Shown one piece after another: positions 1-8,702 of a stretch of DNA of 64,000 nt. Each line of letters begins with the position of its first letter. Positions within the stretch are counted from its first letter, which is position 1. The notes below the pieces were generated by a model. The model searched no databases and was not told the DNA's origin. It saw only the letters and a program-made list of their open reading frames with translations. The DNA is from Planctomycetota bacterium. Its GTDB lineage: Bacteria; Planctomycetota; GCA-002687715; CAIWVZ01. The position numbers and the translations under genes are program-made. The stretch is taken from contig JBGANV010000008.1 of the NCBI GenBank assembly GCA_044222185.1, forward strand, positions 192,001 to 256,000, given 5' to 3'.

Positions 1-1889
1 CTCAGGCCGGGTTGTTTCGGGCCATCCTCGACTCCGAGCCGCCGGCACCCGTCCGGGATCGAAAGCGCGTGGGCCGAGACCTCGCGATCATCATCCAGAC
101 CGCGCTCGCGAAAGACCGCGAACGCCGCTACGAGTCGGCGGCAGGGTTCGCCGACGACCTGCGCCGATTGATGACCCACGAGCCCATCCGCGCACGGCCC
201 ATGGGCCTCGCGAGCCGAACGTTCCGCTGGGCCAGGCGCAACCGCCTCGTGGCAGCCCTCCTCGTCGTCGTCACGGGCCTTTTCATCGGCGGCATCGCGA
301 CGACGGCTGCGCTGCTGGCGCGCGCCCGGACCAACCTCGAGGACTGGGAGCGACTCGCCGACGGTCGGAAACTCGAGGAACTCGAGCGGATCGCGCGCGA
401 TGAACTGGTACCGATCGTTCCGGAGAAGGCGGACGCAATGGAGCCGTGGCTTGCCGCCGCGCGGGCACTCGTCGCTCGACTCGACGATCATCGCCAGGCT
501 CTCGAGTCGATGCGACGTAGAGCTCGCCCCGAGACCGAATCGACGCGACTTCGCGAAGAGCGGCGCCGCGAGCAGCCGCGCGCCGACCTGAAGATCCTCG
601 ATCTCGCCATCGAAAACCTCCGCCTGCATCGGGCGAACGTCGAACGGGTGTTCGGGACGCCGGAATCGCGCCGGAGTGCGGATCAGCTGCTGAAGAACCG
701 GCTCCGCGTGCTGGCTCAGCGCCGCGCGGCGGCGGCGGCCAACATCGCCGCGCGAACGGTCTTCGATTTCGACGACGACCGGGATCAGCTCCAGCACGAC
801 AGACTGGCGGATCTGATCGCCGGACTCGAGCGGTTTGCATTCGGAGGCCCAGGGGTCCCCTCGCTCCTCGCCAACGTGGAGGATCGCCTCGCGACCGCGC
901 GGGGGCTTCGGGCTCGAACGATCGATTCGCACCGCGAGGCCTGGAACGCCGCCATCGACCGCGTCAGCCGCAATCCGCTCTACCGTGGCCTCATCCTTCG
1001 CGAGCAGGTGGGGCTGATTCCGATCGGATGCGATCCCTCGACGACCCTCGAAGAGTTCGTCGACGGCCGCATGGGAGCGATCCCGACGCGTGATGAGCGG
1101 CGCCAGTTCCGCGTGGAGTCCGAGACGGCGATCGTGTTCGTGCTTCTGCCCGGCGGCACGCTCACCCAGGGGGCTCAGCGCGACCGTCCCACGTCACCGC
1201 AGTTCGATCCCGCGTCGACCGCCGACGAGATCCCCCTGACGACGGTGCCGCTGGACCCGTTCTTCATCGGGAAGTTCGAGGTGACCCAGGGGCAGTGGAT
1301 GCGCTGGCTCGACGACCTCCCGAGCGGGTACGAAGTCGGCGCGTCGGAGGGCGGTGAGGTCGTCGATCTCCGGCACCCGGTGGAATCGGTGAGCTGGCAC
1401 GACTGCACGTACATCCTGCGCGCCTATGGGTTCTCGTTGCCTACGGAGGCCCAGTGGGAGTACGCGTGCCGCGCGGGAACCGGGACCCCCTACTTCTGCC
1501 GCGAGGACGAGCTGTTCCGATTCGCCAACCTCGCCGACATGACGTTCGACCGCGTCGTCCAGTCGCGCGGGTACAAGACGGAGGCCTGGGACGACGGCCG
1601 TTATCTGCACGCGCCGGTGGGCGTGTTCCGCGCCAACGGCTTCGGGCTGCACGACATCCTCGGGAACGTCTCCGAGTGGTGTCTGGACTGCTACGGGAAC
1701 TATGCCGAGCCGGCTCGCCGCGGCGACGGATTGCGTGACGGAGCGGACAAGCGGTATCGGGCCGTGCGTGGCAGCTCGTGGATCGGGAGTGCGGCACACG
1801 CGCGCTCCGCCTCCCGCAATCGCACCGAGCCGGGAAGTCGCGGTGTGAGCATCGGGCTTCGCGTCGCACGCGCCCTCTCCACGCCGTGA
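1..1889 (+). CDS. Ser/Thr protein kinase - TM - FGE-sulfatase (SUMF1-like) fusion, 5' part outside the window
   Basis: Kinase C-lobe end (DLAIIIQTALAKDRERRYESAAGFADDL), a TM helix, then FGE motifs LPTEAQWEYACRAG, NGFGLHDILGNVSEW, RGSSW, GLRV. The frame is open to the window edge. Confidence 0.92.
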   Translation, partial: QAGLFRAILDSEPPAPVRDRKRVGRDLAIIIQTALAKDRERRYESAAGFADDLRRLMTHEPIRARPMGLASRTFRWARRNRLVAALLVVVTGLFIGGIATTAALLARARTNLEDWERLADGRKLEELERIARDELVPIVPEKADAMEPWLAAARALVARLDDHRQALESMRRRARPETESTRLREERRREQPRADLKILDLAIENLRLHRANVERVFGTPESRRSADQLLKNRLRVLAQRRAAAAANIAARTVFDFDDDRDQLQHDRLADLIAGLERFAFGGPGVPSLLANVEDRLATARGLRARTIDSHREAWNAAIDRVSRNPLYRGLILREQVGLIPIGCDPSTTLEEFVDGRMGAIPTRDERRQFRVESETAIVFVLLPGGTLTQGAQRDRPTSPQFDPASTADEIPLTTVPLDPFFIGKFEVTQGQWMRWLDDLPSGYEVGASEGGEVVDLRHPVESVSWHDCTYILRAYGFSLPTEAQWEYACRAGTGTPYFCREDELFRFANLADMTFDRVVQSRGYKTEAWDDGRYLHAPVGVFRANGFGLHDILGNVSEWCLDCYGNYAEPARRGDGLRDGADKRYRAVRGSSWIGSAAHARSASRNRTEPGSRGVSIGLRVARALSTP

Positions 1890-1928
1890 TCCGCGCAGCG
1901 CGGGGGGAGTCGCAGACCGCCGCCCAGC

Positions 1929-2591
1929 TCAATCGAGACCTCGCTCCGCCTCCGCCTCGCGGGCCACGTCATCGAACGCCGATTCCGGGAGCTGCTCGCG
2001 CAGGCGCGCCAACGCGCGGTGGAGCCTGACGTTCACCGCGTTGGCCGCGAGGCCGAGGCGGGCGGCGACCTCGGCAGCCGGCTGTTGCTCCACCAGCCTG
2101 AGCACGATCACTTCCCGATCCTGCGGGTCCATTGCCGACAGGGTCCGAGCGACCAGGCCATCACGCTCTCGGCGGATGATCTCGCTCCAGACGCCGGGCG
2201 CGCGATCGGCCACGCCATCGAGTCCCGGGCCGCCGTCCGTCGACGCAGCGCCTCGCGCCGTCGGCCTGCGCGCCTCGCTCCGAAGCAGCTCGTTCACCCG
2301 AAGCAGCACCGCCCGGGACAGGAATCGAAACAACACCGGCGTGTATCGTCCGTCGCGCGCCACGAGATCCGCAAGCCGCGGCAGCGCGACCTGCCACGCA
2401 TACTCGACGACATCCTCGGGGTCGCACACGTGCCGAAGCCGATCGCGCATGCGATAGCGGGCCTGCTGGACGAGGATCGGCGAGATCCGCGCGACAGTCC
2501 AATCGAGATCGCCGGCATCCCCGTCGATCGCCCCGCGAATCCGGCGCGACGTGCCAGTGAACGAGCGTCGGTCGTCGGCGCGCTCCGTCAT
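1929..2591 (-). CDS. ECF sigma-70 factor (kinase-associated type)
   Basis: Sigma2 DPEDVV motif and sigma4 DREVIVLR...AEVAARLG...VNVRLHRALARLR. Start placed at ATG 2591 (MTERADD). Paralog of 14279..14953. Confidence 0.9.
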   Translation of the reverse strand: MTERADDRRSFTGTSRRIRGAIDGDAGDLDWTVARISPILVQQARYRMRDRLRHVCDPEDVVEYAWQVALPRLADLVARDGRYTPVLFRFLSRAVLLRVNELLRSEARRPTARGAASTDGGPGLDGVADRAPGVWSEIIRRERDGLVARTLSAMDPQDREVIVLRLVEQQPAAEVAARLGLAANAVNVRLHRALARLREQLPESAFDDVAREAEAERGLD

Positions 2592-2689
2592 GGCCCAGAG
2601 AGTACTCTCGCGGGGCGCAGCCGGCACCACGGGATCCCGGCTCGATTCCGCGCAAGCTCCTCATCGGGCCGCGAGAGCCACGGGATCGA

Positions 2690-4711
2690 TCACGGCCCGA
2701 ACCGCACCTCGACCGCGTTCGAGAGCGCGACGCCCGTCGACGGATGGATCACCGCGGCCTGCAAACCGAGCGTGAGTCCCGCGAGCGGCGGCGGCGCCAG
2801 GACAGGCAGGTCGAGCACGCCCAGAAGGCCTGTGTTCGAGAACCCGAACGCGGGATCCAACCCGTTGACGAGGATCGAGAACGGGTCGAGATCCAGCTGC
2901 CCGATGCCTGGAAACAGCGTCGTCCCCGGAAGCGTGAACCCTCCGAGCATCACGATCGGCTGGAGCGGCGCGCCCAGGATCCCGATCGTGAACGGAGAGT
3001 CGATCGTGACGTCGACGAAGTAGGGTCCCGGTTGGTTCGTCGCGACGGACTCGCCGTTGGCGTTCGTGGCGCCTGCGATGTCGAGGATCGCCCTTCCCGG
3101 CTGAGGTGCCTGGCCGACCGTGTCCGCGGTAGCGCCCGTCACGGCGATGGCGTCCAGGATCCAGGAGCTGGAACCGGTTCCCATGTACGTGAAGCGAACT
3201 CCGAAGTCCGACGCGGGCGCGAGGAAGGAGGTGAGATCGACGGTCACAGGGTCACCCGCCACCGTGCCAGACGAGTTGGCGTAGACAGGGAACGCCACGT
3301 TGTTGACGAGAACCTCGACCAGGCACGAGCTCGCGCAGCCGGGGCACGTCCGGTGCCACTGCAGGAACGAGAGCACGATCGGCCCCGCGACCGGCGGCGC
3401 GGCGAGGCCGGGGGTCGTCATCGTGGTCGACAACGCCGCCGGGGCGCTCGCGTTCGAGTCCGCGATCGCCGCGTTGCACCCGAACACCGGAGGAAGACTC
3501 ACCGCTGGCGGTCGATCGAACCGGAATCCAGGGAAGCCCGAGAGGGTCTGCACGGACCACCCGGCCGGCGCGAACGCGGAGACCTCGTCGTCGAAGTCGG
3601 AGCGTTCGAGGATCGGAGTGCCACGACTTGCGGCACAGTTCGCGCCGACGTGCACGGGCGCACCGCCGCAGAGCATGGCGAGCGTCATCCCCGGGGGAAG
3701 CATCGGGATGCCGGCAACGCAGACCTCGGCAGCCTGGAACACGGGAGTGCCCGGCGCCACGCCCTGGATCAGCAGGGGCTGGCCATGTATGTCGACACGG
3801 ATCGAGCCCGCCGTGGCCGTGAACACGCCCGACTGAGGTGCGTTGACGTTGATGGGCGCGGGCGAGCTGACGCAGACCTCGGAGCCGCGGAGCCGGTCCG
3901 CAGGCTGAAAGTTCACGGGCCCCATGCTGTACACGGCGCCGTCGCGACCCCTGCGTCCGAAGTGGAGTCCGCCGTTGGGCGAGTAGTTCCCACCCGTCCC
4001 GCCTTTCAGATCGCCACGGCGTCCGCCGGGCGTGGTCGTCGTGGCCTGCGCGCGGCCGCCGCTTCCACCGTCACGCCCCTCGCACCCTCCTGGCGCGCCA
4101 GTCTTGTCGCCCCCGTTTCCGCCACGAACGACGCCATCGTTGCCGAGAGCAACGCCGTGAAGCGTCACGGAACCACCGGTGCCCGCTCCCTTGCCATCAC
4201 CACCTGCGCCTCCATTCCCACCGCGGATCGTTCCGCCAGCCGCGACCGTGATCGGTCCCTGCGCGGTGACGGTCACACCGCCACCGGATCGTCCATCCGA
4301 GGTCGCCGTGCTGTTCGCGCCATCGGCTCCCTGGATCGTCGCCCCGGTACCGACGTGCACGCCGCCCGCGCCCGCCGTCACGCGGATTCCCGGCGTCCCG
4401 CGGAGGCGGGTGTCGTCCCCCGCGTTCCCGTTCGCCGAGGGTTGGAGGACCAGTTCGTGGACCCTGACCGCCGCGGCCTCGATGATCCCCGAGTCGCCTG
4501 GGACGACGGCCTTGTCGAGCGGCCCAGGAGTTCCCGCCGGGTTCCAGTTCGCCGGGTCGGTCCATTGGGCGTTCCCCCCGGCACCCGTCCAGGTTCGCAC
4601 CGCTCCACCGGGTGCCTGCGCGGCACACCGGTCGAACGACCCGATCGCGAGGACCAACGAGCCGATGATGATGGAACCACGGACACCGGATGCTGAGATC
4701 GTGCGCTTCAT
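2690..4711 (-). CDS. Secreted Gly-rich protein with a beta-sandwich domain and the conserved C-terminal domain
   Basis: Signal peptide, WTGAGGNAQWTDPANW motif, GGNGG/GGxGG repeats, ending LAGLTLGLQAAVIHPSTGVALSNAVEVRFGP. Confidence 0.85.
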   Translation of the reverse strand: MKRTISASGVRGSIIIGSLVLAIGSFDRCAAQAPGGAVRTWTGAGGNAQWTDPANWNPAGTPGPLDKAVVPGDSGIIEAAAVRVHELVLQPSANGNAGDDTRLRGTPGIRVTAGAGGVHVGTGATIQGADGANSTATSDGRSGGGVTVTAQGPITVAAGGTIRGGNGGAGGDGKGAGTGGSVTLHGVALGNDGVVRGGNGGDKTGAPGGCEGRDGGSGGRAQATTTTPGGRRGDLKGGTGGNYSPNGGLHFGRRGRDGAVYSMGPVNFQPADRLRGSEVCVSSPAPINVNAPQSGVFTATAGSIRVDIHGQPLLIQGVAPGTPVFQAAEVCVAGIPMLPPGMTLAMLCGGAPVHVGANCAASRGTPILERSDFDDEVSAFAPAGWSVQTLSGFPGFRFDRPPAVSLPPVFGCNAAIADSNASAPAALSTTMTTPGLAAPPVAGPIVLSFLQWHRTCPGCASSCLVEVLVNNVAFPVYANSSGTVAGDPVTVDLTSFLAPASDFGVRFTYMGTGSSSWILDAIAVTGATADTVGQAPQPGRAILDIAGATNANGESVATNQPGPYFVDVTIDSPFTIGILGAPLQPIVMLGGFTLPGTTLFPGIGQLDLDPFSILVNGLDPAFGFSNTGLLGVLDLPVLAPPPLAGLTLGLQAAVIHPSTGVALSNAVEVRFGP

Positions 4712-4794
4712 GACTTGCCTGTTCTGGGGGATCGCGCCGCGCGGCGAGCGCCAGGCCCGATCGGGCCGCCGTGCGTCGCGCGACGTGAAGCCAA

Positions 4795-4869
4795 GACGGC
4801 GCCCGTCGACCGATTGCTACGGAATCGCGAACTTCGCGGATTCCGTAGCGAAATCAGGGCGGCGTCGTC
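4795..4869. promoter_or_regulatory. Back-to-back putative ECF promoters built on an inverted repeat
   Basis: GCTACGGAATC (4816-4826) and GATTCCGTAGC (4839-4849) form a perfect inverted repeat. The + strand reads CCGTAGC-N16-CGTC (4843-4869) and the - strand reads CCGTAGC-N17-CGTC (4822-4795). Confidence 0.6.
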
Positions 4870-4881
4870 CTACCGGGGAGC

Positions 4882-5439
4882 GTGAGCGAGCCCATTGCCA
4901 TCGAGCAGGTCCCCGGCCACGATGGCCTCGTGGCTGACGCGCCGACAGATCCCGCATCGGCATCGGAAGAAATTCATCGCCGCCACGGGCGATGGATTCG
5001 CGCCGTCGTCCGACGCTGGTTTCCGCAGGCGTGCGACGATCTCGCGCAGGAGGTCATGCTGAAGATCCAACAGGGCGTCGGCGCCCTCCGCGCGAGCGAC
5101 GACGCGCAGACGCGAGCGTGGATCGCGCAGACGATCCGGTCCGTCTGCATCGACGAAGTGCGCCGCCGCAAGCGCGTTCCGGGCTTCGTCGCGCTCGACG
5201 AGACCGTTCCCGCGTCGACCGATCGCGTCGTCGCGGACGCGGAGACGCGCGACCGGGTCGAACACTTGAAGAACCGCGCATGGGCCGTGTTGTCCGCGCG
5301 CGAGCGCCAGGTCCTTTCGCTTCGCTTTCACGAAGGTCTCTCGTTTCGGCAGATTGCCGAGCTGCTGGACGTTCCTCAGGGCTCGGTGACGGGCTGGTAT
5401 TCACGCGCACTTCTGCGCTTGCGGGAGGCGATCCAATGA
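4882..5439 (+). CDS. ECF sigma-70 factor
   Basis: DDLAQEV, WIAQTIRSVCIDEVRRRKR, LSARERQVLSLRFHEGLSFRQIAELL. GTG start after GGGGAG. Confidence 0.92.
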   Translation: MSEPIAIEQVPGHDGLVADAPTDPASASEEIHRRHGRWIRAVVRRWFPQACDDLAQEVMLKIQQGVGALRASDDAQTRAWIAQTIRSVCIDEVRRRKRVPGFVALDETVPASTDRVVADAETRDRVEHLKNRAWAVLSARERQVLSLRFHEGLSFRQIAELLDVPQGSVTGWYSRALLRLREAIQ

Positions 5440-6155
5440 GCTGCATCGATCCCAGCGTTCGCAACCGACTGCTCACGGAAGCCGCCGAGCCCGACGCCTG
5501 GCGATCGCACGTTGCCGCGTGTCCGGAATGCCGTGCGATGCTCGCGGACTCCGAACCCGAGGTCGTGCATCCGAGCGGCGCGGCACTCGTCCGATTCACG
5601 CAGTCGCCATCCGAGATGGACCCGGTCGTTCGGCGGCACGTCGCATCGCACCTCGAACGCTGTGGCCACTGCGCGGAGGCTCTCGCGACGGTGCCGAGGA
5701 TCGACGCGCCATCCGGTTCGCACCGCTTCGCCCTCGCCGGTTTCGCGGCCGCGGCAACCGTGGCGCTCGCGTTCTTCGTCGTCCGCATGTCCACGGGAGG
5801 CGGCCCCGACGGCGGCTCGTCGCGGCCCGCTGATGTCGCCGTGATCATCCTGGCGAGCCAGCGCGGCGCCGCCGCCGAATCGCTGCCGGCGACGGCCACG
5901 CTCCTCCACTTCCAGCCCGTGCTCGCCGAGCCCGTGGCGATCGGTGACTCGATCCGTCTCGAGATCGAGGACGAAGCGGGCCATGTCGTCGTCTCCGAGA
6001 CGGTCACGATCGCGTCCCTGGACCCCGACTGGGGCCGTCCGGTGATCCCGGTCGTCCGCGCGCGGCTCCCGGGCGGCGCCCTGAAGATCCGGCTTTCGCT
6101 CGCCTCCGGAACCCGAGCCGAATTCTCGTGGACCCTTCCGGCGCCGCCCAGGTGA
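5436..6155 (+). CDS. Membrane-anchored zinc-finger (ZAS/zf-HC2) anti-sigma factor
   Basis: ATGA overlap with the sigma stop. Two HxxxCxxC motifs (HVAACPEC, HLERCGHC), one TM helix and a C-terminal beta-rich extracytoplasmic domain. Confidence 0.85.
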   Translation: MSCIDPSVRNRLLTEAAEPDAWRSHVAACPECRAMLADSEPEVVHPSGAALVRFTQSPSEMDPVVRRHVASHLERCGHCAEALATVPRIDAPSGSHRFALAGFAAAATVALAFFVVRMSTGGGPDGGSSRPADVAVIILASQRGAAAESLPATATLLHFQPVLAEPVAIGDSIRLEIEDEAGHVVVSETVTIASLDPDWGRPVIPVVRARLPGGALKIRLSLASGTRAEFSWTLPAPPR

Positions 6156-6167
6156 TGCCGTCGGGTC

Positions 6168-8453
6168 TCACCGATCGCGTACGGCGCCCAAGTCTCGTCC
6201 GAAGAGCGCGATGGGCGCCCAGAGTGCCGGGTGCGACGTGGCCTTCGTGGCGATCATGGAGCGCTGCGCCGTCCGTACTCCCCCGGGAATGCTCTCGCCG
6301 GACTTCAGCGCGATCGTGAACGCCTCGAAGAACCGCGGCGCCGCGCGATCGTCCACGGGTGCGACCGATGCCAGCACGAATCGCGCTCCGGCGACGAGAA
6401 AGCAGCGCGCGAGTCCGCGGACGCTCTCGCCGGCGATCGGCGTGCCGAATGCGCTCGAGCAGGCGAGAACGCTCACGAGCCGGGCCCGTGTCTCGAGTCC
6501 CAGGATCTCGGGAAGCGTGAGGAAGCCATCGTCTCCCCTGGCCGCATCCGGCGAAAGCAGCAGGGCCGTGCGGGCCCCGTTCGTCCGATCGACGACGGCG
6601 TGGCACGCGAAATGGACGTGACTCGCGCCGGGCATCGCGCGCCGCACACTCGCCTCCGTGGCCGCAGCGTCCGTGAGAGTGTGACCTCCGAGGGTCTTCG
6701 TGAACGCGGTCGCCTCGCGTGTCGCGAATGCCAACGGTGCGAGTCGACCGATCCCGAAGTGTGCAGCGAGCCCCGCGTCGTAGCCCGCGCCGCCCGGGAA
6801 GCCGACCGCCATGGGTTCGCCGGACTCGGCCTCTGGCTGCGTCGCAAGCAGGCACCCGAGCGTCGGGACGAACACCAGCTCCCGCAACGCGCCGAGGTAG
6901 CGTTCGTTCGTCGTTCCCTCTCCCGGGACGACGAGCGCGGCGAGCGGGACCTCGTTCCACCTGCCGAAGCCGGCGATGACGAGGCGGCGACTGCCGCGGC
7001 AGCTCTCCCACACCGGTCCGATCAGGGCGTCGAACACTGCGCGACCGCCCGCGTCCAGCTCCGCCCGCGACGATGCCAGGCTCCCGATCGCACGCACGAA
7101 CGGAGCCGCGATCGAATCGATGCGATCGAGCGCGCCGAGGTCCGCGAACGTGACACCGCGTGACCCGATGGAGATCACTCCGCCGCGATGGGAACCCGCC
7201 ACGAACACGAGGATCGTCGCGTCGCTCGACCTGGCGGCGTCGGCCACGCGCTGCACGTCCACCGGGTTCCCGACCCAAACGGGCTGGGCACGCCCGCGGA
7301 TCCGGAACAGCTCGGTGAGGACTCCCGCGCGGCCCACCTCGGTCACGGCCAGCGCCTGTACCACGTCCGGCGCCCTTCCGGCTCCGCCGCGTGCGAGGAA
7401 CAACCCGAAGTCCTCGTAGATGTGGTGGACTTCGCCGTCGAAGCTTCTCAGCGCCATGTCGAGAGGGTCGTCGGACGCGCTCCGCGCGCCTGCGATTCCC
7501 GATCGACTCTTCGATACGAGGCTGAACTCCTCCCGGTAGTGCGGCTCCGCCTGGGCGAGATCGCCTCGCGCGTCATGCACGTGTGCCAGCAGGCAGTGGT
7601 CGCGGACGATCTCGCGATCGGGGCGGCTCGTGGCGGCCGAGTGTCCGGTGCACGCCGCCGTGGCGTGAGCGAGCGCCTCGTCGAGAAGGGCGCTTCGCGC
7701 GGGCCCCGCATCGAGCCGGAGCGCGGTCTCGACGGCGAACCGCCCGCACGCGTTCTCGTCGTTCGCGACGAGGTTCGCGGGAAGCCCGAGCTTTTTGTCC
7801 AGCTCGAGCACCCGTCGACACGCGTCCAGCGCCTCACGCAGCTCGGCGACATCCGACGATCCGTCGAAGCTCAGGCTGAGCGACAGAAGCGCGCTCCGTT
7901 CGGCGCCGGAATCGCTTTGCGCGCGTGCTTCTGACGCGAGCTTGCGGGACTTCTCCCGAATCGCCGCCGGCGTGAGGTCGCGGGCATCTCGGGCGGGTTG
8001 GAGAAGCCGGTCGACGGCGTCCGTGGTCTTTCCAGCCTTCACCCGCACGGCTCGGTAGTTTTCGAGCGCCGTGACTGCGGCGCCGACAGCTCCCGCGCGA
8101 CGATGCAGCTCGAAGAGGCACTTGTGAGCCTGCCACGCAGCCGGCCAGTCCGACGCGGCCTCGGCGAGCGCGGCCGACCTTCCCCACGCCCGCACGCCCA
8201 GCGGGTAGTCGCCGTCCCGCAACGCCAGGCCGCCGAGGGTCTCCCAACCAGCGCGACAACCGTCATGTTTCGCCAGGACACGTTGGGCGATCGACATCGC
8301 CGCACGCAGGTCGGCCATCTTGGCGACCTGCGACCAGCGTGCTGCGTCGCCCGGCTCGTCCATCAGCGAGTTGGCGACGTCCTGGCCGACGGCCGCCAGC
8401 ACGAGGCAGGCGACCAGCCCCACGGCGCGAATGAAGATAGAAGGCAGTCCCAT
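6168..8453 (-). CDS. TPR + CHAT (caspase-like, clan CD) protease with N-terminal signal peptide
   Basis: HFACHA (catalytic His), VLACSS (catalytic Cys), DDGFLTLPEI, FLVAGARFVLAS, HPALWAP. Start placed at ATG 8453 (MGLPSIFIRAVGLVACLVLAA); the ORF track extends it upstream spuriously. Confidence 0.9.
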   Translation of the reverse strand: MGLPSIFIRAVGLVACLVLAAVGQDVANSLMDEPGDAARWSQVAKMADLRAAMSIAQRVLAKHDGCRAGWETLGGLALRDGDYPLGVRAWGRSAALAEAASDWPAAWQAHKCLFELHRRAGAVGAAVTALENYRAVRVKAGKTTDAVDRLLQPARDARDLTPAAIREKSRKLASEARAQSDSGAERSALLSLSLSFDGSSDVAELREALDACRRVLELDKKLGLPANLVANDENACGRFAVETALRLDAGPARSALLDEALAHATAACTGHSAATSRPDREIVRDHCLLAHVHDARGDLAQAEPHYREEFSLVSKSRSGIAGARSASDDPLDMALRSFDGEVHHIYEDFGLFLARGGAGRAPDVVQALAVTEVGRAGVLTELFRIRGRAQPVWVGNPVDVQRVADAARSSDATILVFVAGSHRGGVISIGSRGVTFADLGALDRIDSIAAPFVRAIGSLASSRAELDAGGRAVFDALIGPVWESCRGSRRLVIAGFGRWNEVPLAALVVPGEGTTNERYLGALRELVFVPTLGCLLATQPEAESGEPMAVGFPGGAGYDAGLAAHFGIGRLAPLAFATREATAFTKTLGGHTLTDAAATEASVRRAMPGASHVHFACHAVVDRTNGARTALLLSPDAARGDDGFLTLPEILGLETRARLVSVLACSSAFGTPIAGESVRGLARCFLVAGARFVLASVAPVDDRAAPRFFEAFTIALKSGESIPGGVRTAQRSMIATKATSHPALWAPIALFGRDLGAVRDR

Positions 8454-8702
8454 GAATCGGTTTGCCGGGATACTCGCGGCGGCCCGAGCGGCGCCGTCCC
8501 CCGAACATGCGCGCCAGCATACCCGCGAGCGAGCCGCGGGACGGCCGCGCAAGCCCAGCCTGGGCCTGATCGATGACTCTCGCGAGGCTGGCAGCCGGCC
8601 GCGGCGGAAATTCGAGCTCGCCATGTGACGGACGCGCCATTGGTCCGATGGGGAGGTCCGCGCGGATCCGCGCCCCCGAGGCCGCAGCCAAGGAGTCACG
8701 TC

